Assembly (NCBI GenBank): GCA_052390235.1
Contig: JBQTHB010000005.1
Coordinates: 467,440 to 531,439, forward strand
Reading direction: 5' to 3'
Length of the DNA stretch: 64,000 nt
Origin: Deltaproteobacteria bacterium
GTDB taxonomy: Bacteria > Desulfobacterota_D > UBA1144 > Nemesobacterales > CSP1-2
The position numbers and the translations under genes are program-made. Positions 52,866-61,605 of this stretch are shown one piece after another. The notes beneath the pieces were generated by a model. That model had not been told where the DNA came from. It worked only from the letters and a program-made list of their open reading frames with translations, and did not search any database. The number at the start of each line of letters is the position of its first letter. Positions within the stretch are counted from its first letter, which is position 1.

Positions 52866-54245
52866 CTAGTCCTCGAAAAACCGCCGTATCACGTTCTCCA
52901 TTTTCATCCCCCGCGAGCCTTTAATCAGCACCAAGTCCCCCTTCCTCGCAAACCCCAGCGCGAGGCTCGCCGCCTCGTCATGACTTCCCGCGTGGGCGGC
53001 GGGGATTTTATCCCGAACCTCGTCAAAGGCAAGGGAGGCTAATTCCCCGTGGGTTATGAGAAAATCTATGTTCATACCGGCGATGAACTCTCCCAGGCTC
53101 CTGTGTTCCCTCTCGCTCGCCTCGCCGAGTTCGAGCATATCTCCGACTACGGCAATCGCCCTGCCGCTCCCCTTGAGCCTCGAAAGCTCCTCTACGGCTC
53201 TTCTCATGGAGTCAGGGTTGGCGTTGTAGGCGTCGTTGATGATTTTAAATCCAAACCGCGTGTCCATTACCTCAAGCCTCATATAGGGAGGAGTGTGCCT
53301 CTCGAGACCTGCGACTATTTCATCCGCGCTGCACCCGAACGAAAGCCCCACCCCTGCGGCGCACAGGGCGTTCATCACGTTATGAAATCCTATGCCCTTG
53401 ATTTGCACCGGAGTTGCCCTTCCCTTGATGAGTATATTGAACCTGATGGCAGAGAAATCCACCGCAGTTATCTCGCTCGCAAAAATGTCCGCCGCCTCCG
53501 AGGTTGCGCTGAATGTGATTTTGCGGCAGTTTATGCGGCTTGCTATGGATGCAACGCGCTCATCGTCCATGTTGACAACGAAGGTATTGTTGGAGGAAAA
53601 CCGCTCGACAAGCTCTCCTTTCGCCTTTGCCACGCCCTCGATGCCGCCCAGTTTTTCCAGGTGCGCCCGTCCGATGTTTGTTATCGCGCCAGTATCGGGG
53701 CGGGCTATGTCCCGGAGCTTTTCAATCTCGCCAAAGTTGTTCATGCCCAGTTCCACCACTGCGGCTCCGTGGGAGTCGTCGAGTTTGAGCAAGGTGAGCG
53801 GGAGTCCGATGAGGTTGTTGAAGTTGCCGGAGTTCTTCAGGGCTGAGAATTTTAACCCAAGCACGCTAGAGGTCATCTCCTTGGTTGTCGTTTTCCCATT
53901 CGAGCCGGTTATTGCGGCGACCTTGAGATTAGGAAAACTCATCCTCCAGTCGAGCGCGACATCTCCCAATGCCTTCAGAGCCGAAGGAACGTGAATGAGA
54001 ATCTTCCCGCTCGATTTGGGCGCGGCGATGTATTTCTCCACAACCGCCCCCTTCGCCCCGTTTGCAAGGGCCTCAGCTACGAAATCGTGTCCGTCAAAGT
54101 TGTCCCCCGAAAGGGCGAAGAAAAGCTCGTTGCGGCGTATCCTGCGCGAGTCCGTCGAGACGCCTGAGAAATCCGCGTCCTCCCACTTGGAGATTAAACT
54201 CCCGCCCGTTGCTTTGATAACGAAATCCAGATTAAGTTTTTTTAT
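52866..54245 (-). CDS. murF: UDP-MurNAc-tripeptide--D-Ala-D-Ala ligase (probable non-canonical ATA start)
   Basis: TDSR, FDGHDF, TGSNGKTTTKE, NN.IGLP, DAYNANP, KGSRG. Confidence 0.95.
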   Translation of the reverse strand: MKKLNLDFVIKATGGSLISKWEDADFSGVSTDSRRIRRNELFFALSGDNFDGHDFVAEALANGAKGAVVEKYIAAPKSSGKILIHVPSALKALGDVALDWRMSFPNLKVAAITGSNGKTTTKEMTSSVLGLKFSALKNSGNFNNLIGLPLTLLKLDDSHGAAVVELGMNNFGEIEKLRDIARPDTGAITNIGRAHLEKLGGIEGVAKAKGELVERFSSNNTFVVNMDDERVASIASRINCRKITFSATSEAADIFASEITAVDFSAIRFNILIKGRATPVQIKGIGFHNVMNALCAAGVGLSFGCSADEIVAGLERHTPPYMRLEVMDTRFGFKIINDAYNANPDSMRRAVEELSRLKGSGRAIAVVGDMLELGEASEREHRSLGEFIAGMNIDFLITHGELASLAFDEVRDKIPAAHAGSHDEAASLALGFARKGDLVLIKGSRGMKMENVIRRFFED

Positions 54246-55728
54246 TCTGCCTCTCCTCCAGCGCGAGCGCCGCCTCTTCTGTGTCCGAGAAATGAATCCT
54301 ATCCGCCCCGATGATTTGATAGTCCTCGTGCCCCTTGCCGGCGATGAGAACGGCGTCCCCGGCAGAGGCAGTTTCAATTGCGAATCTGATGGCTTCCCTT
54401 CTGTCTGGGATTCTAAAATAGAGCTTCGCGCTGTCTATTGAGCGCGCCCCCCGCTCGATTTCATCAATTATGCGCCCTGGCTCTTCGCTTCTCGGATTAT
54501 CCGATGTGATGATTAGAACATCCGAAAGCTCGCGCCCGATGCGCCCCATTATTGGTCTTTTCGTCTGGTCTCTGTCGCCGCCGCATCCGAACACGAGGAT
54601 TAATTTCCCGCGGCTCAGCGCTCTTACGGCGCGAAGCACATTGAGCAGGGCATCGGGGGTGTGGGCGTAGTCAACGAGTGTCGTAACGCCGAGAGAGTTT
54701 TCCACTCTATCGAGTCTTCCCGGCACGGACACGAGATTGCCTATCCCCCGCTCGGCCGCCTCAAGGGGAGCGCCGAGGGATAACGCCGCCGCCGCCGCCG
54801 CGAGGATATTCATGAGGTTGTGCCGCCCGAAGAGCTTTGATTTGATTCGGAGGTCGCCCCAAGGGGTTTTAATTAGGGCTGAAATTCCCTCTTCTGTTAT
54901 TTCCAGCGCCTCGGGGCGAACGTGCGTATCACTCCTCTCAGCCGAATAGGAGATTATCCGTCCGCCTGCAGAGGAGGCGATTTTCTCCCCCCAGGGGTCG
55001 TCGAAATTTATTATCGAAAATTTCTTTTTCTTAGAGCTTCTGGGCAGAATGTCGGCGAATAGTTTTTTTTTTGCCTCGAAATAGTTCTCCATCGTCCCGT
55101 GGTAGTCCAGGTGGTCTTGGGTGAGGTTCGTAAACACTGCGGCATCAAAATCACAGCCCCGAACCCTGCCCCTGTCGAGCGCGTGAGAGGACACCTCAAC
55201 TGCGACGCACCGCGCGCCGCCATCCCGCATATCGGCGAGAAGGCGCATCAAGTCAAGCGATTCGGGTGTGGTCATGGGCGATGGAATTCTCCTGCCGCCG
55301 TATCTGTATTCAACCGTTCCTATGACCCCCGCGCTCAAGCCGGACTCCCTCCAGATGGACTCCAGCAGGTACGTGATGGTGGTTTTTCCATTCGTGCCTG
55401 TAATCCCGACACTGGTTAAATCCCTCGAAGGGCGGCGGAAGAAATTAGCCGAGACCTCTGCGAGGGTGGATTTGGTATCCTCGACCTGAATAACTGTAAG
55501 CCCGTCGGGGATGGCGTCTGGTATATCCTCAACCGCCGCCGCCTTTGCCCCCGCCGCCGCCGCTTGGCTCACGTAGCGATGACCGTCGGTTCTCTCTCCT
55601 TTTACGGCGATGAAAATGAATCCCGGTTTAATGTCTCTCGAACTATAGGCTACGCCGGTTATCTCGGCATCTGCCTGTCCGATGATTTTTTTTATTTCAA
55701 CGCCCCTTATTAAATCGCCTAAGTTCAT
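54232..55728 (-). CDS. murE: UDP-MurNAc-dipeptide--meso-DAP ligase
   Basis: TGTNGKTT, EVSSH, DHLDYH, DYAHTPD, DNPR (DAP specificity), GKGHE. Confidence 0.97.
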   Translation of the reverse strand: MNLGDLIRGVEIKKIIGQADAEITGVAYSSRDIKPGFIFIAVKGERTDGHRYVSQAAAAGAKAAAVEDIPDAIPDGLTVIQVEDTKSTLAEVSANFFRRPSRDLTSVGITGTNGKTTITYLLESIWRESGLSAGVIGTVEYRYGGRRIPSPMTTPESLDLMRLLADMRDGGARCVAVEVSSHALDRGRVRGCDFDAAVFTNLTQDHLDYHGTMENYFEAKKKLFADILPRSSKKKKFSIINFDDPWGEKIASSAGGRIISYSAERSDTHVRPEALEITEEGISALIKTPWGDLRIKSKLFGRHNLMNILAAAAAALSLGAPLEAAERGIGNLVSVPGRLDRVENSLGVTTLVDYAHTPDALLNVLRAVRALSRGKLILVFGCGGDRDQTKRPIMGRIGRELSDVLIITSDNPRSEEPGRIIDEIERGARSIDSAKLYFRIPDRREAIRFAIETASAGDAVLIAGKGHEDYQIIGADRIHFSDTEEAALALEERQNKKT

Positions 55729-57647
55729 ATCGCCTGCCTGAGTTCTATGGAGCAAACTGTGCCGTCTTCGATTCTCTCCCCGGCTTTGGGCTTTTGGTCG
55801 TTTGCGTAGCCGCTCCCCTGCATTTTTATCTTGACCCCCTCTTTCTCAGCCCATCTCAATATATCTCTGCCGCTCATGCCGCGCAGATCGGGCATTATCT
55901 TCTTTTCGGCGAATGATTTTTGCGGCGGAACTCCGAGATAAAAGAGGGTTTTCTCTGTAATTCCCTTGAAAATCGGCGCCGCTACGACCCCTCCGTATTG
56001 GCTCGTTCTGGGGTTTTCCACAGCTACGATAACTGTAATCTTGGGGTCGTCCGCCGGAGCAAACCCAATAAAAGAGGAGTTATAGCGGTCGGCGTAATAT
56101 CCCTTGGTTTCGGGATTTGGGATTTGAGCTGTGCCAGTTTTACCCGCGACCCTGTAGCCCATGATGGAGGCTTTTTTACCCGTTCCCTCTTGCACCACGT
56201 CTTCGAGCATCTGCGTAATGTCGCTTGCCGTGTCGTAGGAGATAACCTGTCTTACGACCTGCGGTTTATTTTCCTTGAGGGTTTTGCCATCCAAGCCGAT
56301 GATTTTCTTAACGGCGTAGGGTTTCATAAGCTCCCCTCCGTTTGCCACAGCAGAGAGCGCCGCCGCAAGCTGAATAGCTGTAACCGAGACCCCCTGCCCG
56401 AAGGATATTGTGGCAAGCTCGACGGGGCCCCAGCGCTTTGAATTCATGAGCAGCCCCCCGCCCTCTCCGGGGAGGTCAATTCCTGTATTAGAGCCGAAGC
56501 CGAAATTCTTGAGATATTCATAGAGCCTGTCCCTGCCTAGGGATTCGGCAATTTTCGACGAGCAGATGTTGCTTGAAAGGGTCAGAATCTCGGCGACGCT
56601 TAGGATTTTATAGGGGTGAACGTCTTTAATGATGGCGGGACCAACTTTCCTTCTGCCGTTCTCACAGTCGAATTTCGATGCAGGGTTAACTTTTTTATCT
56701 TCAAGGGCGGCGGCAATAAGAAAAATCTTCGCAGTAGAGCCGGGTTCAAACGAGTGCCACACGGGTAGGTTTCGGATTTTATCTTTAGAGACTCTTTTAA
56801 AATCCGCCGGATTGAAAAAAGGGTAAGACGCCATGGCTAGAATTTCGCCGGTTTCTGATCTCATCACCAGAGCCATGCCGCGTTCGGCGCGCGTCTGCTC
56901 TATTCCCTCTTTCAACTCCTTTTCGGCGATGAACTGGATGTGAGAGTCTATGGTTAAGACCACGTCCGAGCCGGTGATACTCCCCTCGGCGTCAAACGGG
57001 GCGTTTGTTATCTGCCGTCCGCGGGCGTCTCTTTTTACGCTGATTTTGCCGGGATTTCCGCCTATCGTCTCTTCAAAATAATATTCGATTCCTTCCATTC
57101 CCTTTGAATCAACGTTGGTAAATCCAAGCACCTGGCCGGCCAGATACCCATTCGGATAAACCCTCTTTGCCTCTTTTATAAATCCCACGGCTTCGAGGTT
57201 GAATTTGCGCAGATTCTCTACTTCTCTGGCGTCGGCGAGCCTTTTAACCCAGACAAAGGATTTGCCGGAGTCAAGGAGGTTTATAATATCTCTCTTGGGG
57301 AGTTTCATAGCTTTGGCGATTTTCTGGGCATATTCCGCCTTATTGCCGACTTCCTTGGGCCTTAAATAAACCGACTCAGCGTCAATGTTAACGGCAAGCT
57401 CTTTGCTGTTGGCGTCGAGAATTTTCCCGCGTCGTGGAAGGAGGGTGAAAAGTCCGGTCTGCTGTCTCGAGGCAACCTCAAGGGTTCTGTCCCTGTCCAG
57501 CACTTGAAGTTTGAACGCCTGCCCCAGAACCCCAACGAAAAGAGCTAGTACCAGCGCCCCGGTCAGATAAAATTTCCACCTCGCCCTTTCGGCTCCCCTC
57601 GGCGCTCCCGATTGAGAAATTCTCGTATTCTGCCCTCGCCTTTTCAC
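55725..57647 (-). CDS. ftsI: Division transpeptidase PBP3 with PASTA domain
   Basis: RGKILD, EPGSTAK (SxxK), SSN, KTGTAQ, MPDL.G. Confidence 0.95.
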   Translation of the reverse strand: MKRRGQNTRISQSGAPRGAERARWKFYLTGALVLALFVGVLGQAFKLQVLDRDRTLEVASRQQTGLFTLLPRRGKILDANSKELAVNIDAESVYLRPKEVGNKAEYAQKIAKAMKLPKRDIINLLDSGKSFVWVKRLADAREVENLRKFNLEAVGFIKEAKRVYPNGYLAGQVLGFTNVDSKGMEGIEYYFEETIGGNPGKISVKRDARGRQITNAPFDAEGSITGSDVVLTIDSHIQFIAEKELKEGIEQTRAERGMALVMRSETGEILAMASYPFFNPADFKRVSKDKIRNLPVWHSFEPGSTAKIFLIAAALEDKKVNPASKFDCENGRRKVGPAIIKDVHPYKILSVAEILTLSSNICSSKIAESLGRDRLYEYLKNFGFGSNTGIDLPGEGGGLLMNSKRWGPVELATISFGQGVSVTAIQLAAALSAVANGGELMKPYAVKKIIGLDGKTLKENKPQVVRQVISYDTASDITQMLEDVVQEGTGKKASIMGYRVAGKTGTAQIPNPETKGYYADRYNSSFIGFAPADDPKITVIVAVENPRTSQYGGVVAAPIFKGITEKTLFYLGVPPQKSFAEKKIMPDLRGMSGRDILRWAEKEGVKIKMQGSGYANDQKPKAGERIEDGTVCSIELRQAI

Positions 57648-57988
57648 TCCCTATCACCGACCACCGTCTGCTCTTCGATGTAAATCACATCTTGCTGAGT
57701 TGGAAACTTAAAGCCCATCCCGCGCGCAATATCCTCGACCCTCGCCGGGGATTTGAGCTTTATTATCTCGGCTTTGAGGAACAGGGCTTCGCCTGAGACG
57801 TCCTTTTCCCTCCCATTATTCGCCGAAATTTCATATCCGAGCCTAGTTTGCTCGAATTTGATATGAACGTATGCAAGCCCCGCGCAGAGGGTTGCCACAA
57901 TTACTACCAGCGCCCCTTTTGAAAGCGCTTTTTTATTAGCCAGCTCCGAGCCGGCGGCTTTTATTCTTAGTACCTCGGTTTGTGCCAT
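57644..57988 (-). CDS. ftsL: Cell division protein FtsL
   Basis: Single TM, GYEI, L.SP.RVE.IA..G; between rsmH and ftsI. Confidence 0.88.
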   Translation of the reverse strand: MAQTEVLRIKAAGSELANKKALSKGALVVIVATLCAGLAYVHIKFEQTRLGYEISANNGREKDVSGEALFLKAEIIKLKSPARVEDIARGMGFKFPTQQDVIYIEEQTVVGDRE

Positions 57989-57989
57989 G

Positions 57990-58961
57990 TCATTCCTCTT
58001 TTGCGGTTTTCTCCGCGACTCTCATTTTTGCGCTTCTCGCCCTCGGATTCTCCGCCGTTTCTTCTTCCGACGGGGTATCCGGCGAGCGGGTAATTATATC
58101 GAAACTCCTCCTGCGCCCGCATCCGCACTTGGGCATCGCCGAAGGGCAGACGCAGGGGTGGGCAAATCTCCTAAATGCGTTTTTCACGATTCTATCTTCC
58201 AGCGAATGGAACGAGATAATGACAAGCCTGGCTCCGTCTGCGAGCATTGCCTCGGCTTTATTTATTAGCAGCTCCAGATTATCAAGCTCGTTGTTGACGG
58301 ATATTCTCAGCGCCTGAAACGTTCTGGTCGCCGCGTGTATTCCCTTGGGATGAAACTTCTGCGGAATCGCCCTCGAGACTATTTCCGCAAGCGCGGTTGT
58401 TGTTTCAATCGCCCTGTCGCGGCGGGCTTTGACTATGGCGTAGGCGATTTTCCTCGCCCATTTCTCTTCGCCGTAATTTTCTATGAGCTCGCCGATTTCG
58501 TCCTCGTCCATCTCGTTTACGAGGTCGTAAGCCGTGAACCGAAGCCTCGAGTCCATACGCATATCCAGCCGCTCGGTTCGCTGAAAGCTAAACCCTCTGC
58601 CACTTCTCTCAAGCTGAAACGACGACATACCCAAATCGGCAATTATGCCGTCCACTTCGGCGATGTTCAGGGATTCGAGCGCGGAGTCAATCTCGGAGAA
58701 ATTTCTATTTATGTAAGTTATCTCGCCTGTGAACTTAAGGAGGTGTTTTTTTGCAAGCCCTATCGCCTCGTCGTCAACGTCGAATCCAATTACCCTCGCC
58801 CCAGAGCCTGCCGCTTCGAGAATCGCCTCGGTGTGTCCCCCAAGCCCCAGCGTAGCATCAACGTAAATTCCGCCGCTCCTCGGACGCAGAAACTCTACCG
58901 CCTCTCTGGCCATTACCGATTTATGAATTGGTTTTGCGAGTTCGGCTAACTTTTCTATCAT
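57990..58961 (-). CDS. rsmH: 16S rRNA m4C1402 methyltransferase
   Basis: DATLGLGGH, DLGMSS.QL, LDMRMD, FHSLEDR, NPRARSAK. Confidence 0.98.
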   Translation of the reverse strand: MIEKLAELAKPIHKSVMAREAVEFLRPRSGGIYVDATLGLGGHTEAILEAAGSGARVIGFDVDDEAIGLAKKHLLKFTGEITYINRNFSEIDSALESLNIAEVDGIIADLGMSSFQLERSGRGFSFQRTERLDMRMDSRLRFTAYDLVNEMDEDEIGELIENYGEEKWARKIAYAIVKARRDRAIETTTALAEIVSRAIPQKFHPKGIHAATRTFQALRISVNNELDNLELLINKAEAMLADGARLVIISFHSLEDRIVKNAFRRFAHPCVCPSAMPKCGCGRRRSFDIITRSPDTPSEEETAENPRARSAKMRVAEKTAKEE

Positions 58962-59408
58962 TTACAGTCCCTGCATCGAGAGAACCTCTTTGCTCCTCTT
59001 AAACTCTTCGATTCCCCGCTTCGACTCCTCTTCGTCCCAAATCTCCTTAGACCATATCTCGAACTTCGTCAGCATCCCTATCATTACCACTTCCCGGCTG
59101 ATTTGGGCGTCGTTTCTGAGTCGCTGAGGCAGTAGGATTCTGCCCTGACCGTCTATCGGGCAGTCGTCGGCATTGCCGATGAGGTGTCTTAAAAACGTAA
59201 CCACTTCTTGCTTGAACTGCGGCAGGTCGGCGGCTTTTCGCTCGATTTCATTCCACTCTTTTATCGGATATACTATGAGACATCTGTCGAAGTTCGTAAT
59301 TATGAGGGTCTCGTCCCCGTATTTCTCCTTTAGAACGTCGCGAAACTTGGATGGGACGCTTATTCTGCCCTTATCCGTCATTGTGTGTTCGTATCTGCCG
59401 CGAAACAT
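58962..59408 (-). CDS. mraZ: Transcriptional regulator MraZ
   Basis: MFRG.Y.H...KGR..VP.KFR, D.QGRILLP, EIW. Confidence 0.97.
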   Translation of the reverse strand: MFRGRYEHTMTDKGRISVPSKFRDVLKEKYGDETLIITNFDRCLIVYPIKEWNEIERKAADLPQFKQEVVTFLRHLIGNADDCPIDGQGRILLPQRLRNDAQISREVVMIGMLTKFEIWSKEIWDEEESKRGIEEFKRSKEVLSMQGL

Positions 59409-59428
59409 GAGCGATGTACCTTTTTATG

Positions 59429-59479
59429 CCACTTTACGCCACTTTAAACCACTATATAAAGATATTTTAACCTTGTCAA
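59429..59479 (-). promoter_or_regulatory. dcw promoter with three MraZ-operator-like repeats
   Basis: TTGACA-N17-TATAGT; AGTGG x3 at 10-bp period (CCACT at 59429, 59439, 59449). Confidence 0.8.
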
Positions 59480-59739
59480 GTAACCCTCTGAAATTCAATA
59501 ATATTTTATTTGCCTCACTTGATGCGCCGCAATTTATTCAGTAATATTGGATAGTTATGATATAGTAATTCAAGTAATAAATTGATATACTGATATAACC
59601 CACTTATATTAATAGCAATTTATTTCACCCTTCATGCCTCTCCATTCTCGTCCGCGCCTCTGAATACTAATTAATAGAGCAGAACGCCTGCTCAAATTGA
59701 CAAAGCCCGACTAATTTTATATTTTTACCTCCGAACCCA

Positions 59740-59946
59740 ATGCCCGTAATTCGGATTAAACTCAAAAACCCCTCCGACGCCGTCTATTTTCAGTCCATTT
59801 TCGGCACCTATGCCCACGTAGCCTGGGTTCGCACCGAGGACCCGATAAATCAAATTATCTCCGTCATCCCCACCAGCGACACACTCGAAACGGCAATCGA
59901 GGTGCTAGAGTCCCTCAAGCCGGAAATTGAATTCTCCCCAGCTTGA
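59740..59946 (+). CDS. Small protein, DUF4911-like
   Basis: D.VYF..I...Y..VA.VRT.D pattern; TTGACA upstream. Confidence 0.65.
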   Translation: MPVIRIKLKNPSDAVYFQSIFGTYAHVAWVRTEDPINQIISVIPTSDTLETAIEVLESLKPEIEFSPA

Positions 59947-59980
59947 TTGCCCCGGCGCTTCGTATAGACTACACGCCGCT

Positions 59981-61543
59981 ATGAAGCGGGAAGAAATCAC
60001 CCGATCCGCCGGAATACTGGGTTTTATTACGTTTCTAAGCCGCATTCTCGGCTATCTGAGGGATATGATAGTCGCCTATTTCTTCGGAGCGAGAGCCGAA
60101 ACCGACGCTTTTTATCTCGCCTTTAGGATTCCCAATCTCCTGCGCCGCCTCCTTGCCGAGGGGTCTCTCACGGTCTCTTTCGTGCCTGTATTTACGGACT
60201 ATTTAGAGAAGAAAAATCCGGAAGAGGCAAAGCGCGTCGCCGATGTCGCCTTCACGCTCCTGTTTCTGACCTTAATCGTCGTCTCCGCGCTTGGGGTGGT
60301 TCTCTCTCCGTACCTCATCGGGCTTTTCGCCTCTGGCTTCAGCGAAGAGGTCTTCAACCTCGCCGTAACCCTCAACCGTATCATGTTTCCCTATATTTTC
60401 TTTGCCTCCCTCACGGCGCTCTCGATGGGAATATTAAACTCGCTCCGGCATTTCTTCGCTCCGGCTTTTGCCCAGGTGGTCTATAACCTCGGATTCATCG
60501 CCGTAATTTTTATATCCTATATCTATTTTGAGATTTCGGTCTATGCCCTGGCTATCGGCGTGATTATCTCAGGGGCGGCGCAGTTAGCTTTTCAGATTCC
60601 GTTTCTCAGGGCAATGGGCTTCCTCCACGGCTTCACGGGCAATCTCAGGCATCCGGCTGTGAAGAGGATAGCCCTTCTCATGGCGCCGCAGCTGTTCGGG
60701 GTGGCGGTCTATAATTTAAATATCATCGTAAGCTCTCAGTACGCCTCGCACCTGTCCGAGGGAACTGTATCGTATCTCTACTACTCGGAGAGATTAATCG
60801 AATTCCCCTTGGGGATTGTCGCCGTGTCAATAGCCACTGCGCTCCTGCCGGGGCTTTCATCGCAGATTTCAAGGGGGGATACTGAAGGGTTTAGAAAAAA
60901 TTGCTCGTTCGCCGTTGGGCTAATGTTTTTCGTTATGATACCGGCGATGGCGGGATTAATAGCGCTTCGGGTGCCAATTTGTAACCTCCTGTACCAGAGG
61001 GGGGAGTTCGATTTTGATGCGACTATCAGCACGTCGGAGGCGCTTTTGGGTTATTCCGCGGGGCTTTGGGCTGTCGGGGCAATAAGGGTCATTGCGCCTA
61101 CGTTCTACGCCATGCAGGATACGAAAACCCCGGCAATCGTCGCTTTTTTCGCATTCATAATCAACGCCGTCTTGGGGTACGTCCTAGCCTTCGGGTTCGG
61201 TCTCGAACACACGGGACTTGCCGCCGCAAGCTCGGTTTCCTCGATAGCCAATTTCGGCATTTTATTTTTCTGCGTCCAAAAGCGCGTCGGTGGGATGGAG
61301 CTACGAAAAACGCTTTTGTCCATATCTAAAGTGGCAATTGCCTCGCTCGCGCTTGGGGCGGCGGCATGGTGGATTTCAGGGTTTGCCGACTGGACTCAAA
61401 GCGGGTTTTCGGCGCACAAGACTCTCGTATTCGCGGCGGCGTTTTTCGGCTCGCTCCTAGCCTATGCGGCGGCGGCGAAGCTACTTAAAATCGAGGAGAT
61501 GAATTTTCTTCTCGGCATGATGAGGCGCAGATTCAGCCGCTAG
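59981..61543 (+). CDS. murJ: Lipid II flippase (start at MKREEI)
   Basis: SRILGYLRD, AFRIPNLLRRLLAEG, RG.F, FYA.QDTKTP. Confidence 0.96.
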   Translation: MKREEITRSAGILGFITFLSRILGYLRDMIVAYFFGARAETDAFYLAFRIPNLLRRLLAEGSLTVSFVPVFTDYLEKKNPEEAKRVADVAFTLLFLTLIVVSALGVVLSPYLIGLFASGFSEEVFNLAVTLNRIMFPYIFFASLTALSMGILNSLRHFFAPAFAQVVYNLGFIAVIFISYIYFEISVYALAIGVIISGAAQLAFQIPFLRAMGFLHGFTGNLRHPAVKRIALLMAPQLFGVAVYNLNIIVSSQYASHLSEGTVSYLYYSERLIEFPLGIVAVSIATALLPGLSSQISRGDTEGFRKNCSFAVGLMFFVMIPAMAGLIALRVPICNLLYQRGEFDFDATISTSEALLGYSAGLWAVGAIRVIAPTFYAMQDTKTPAIVAFFAFIINAVLGYVLAFGFGLEHTGLAAASSVSSIANFGILFFCVQKRVGGMELRKTLLSISKVAIASLALGAAAWWISGFADWTQSGFSAHKTLVFAAAFFGSLLAYAAAAKLLKIEEMNFLLGMMRRRFSR

Positions 61544-61605
61544 CGCGCGTAGGGGGATTGCCCCGCGTTTGGGCAGATTCTCTGTCGCTATCCAGAATCG
61601 GCGCA

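Noticed and set aside
59480..59625. AT-rich tract as replication origin
   Set aside because: No DnaA-box cluster; explained by divergent promoters
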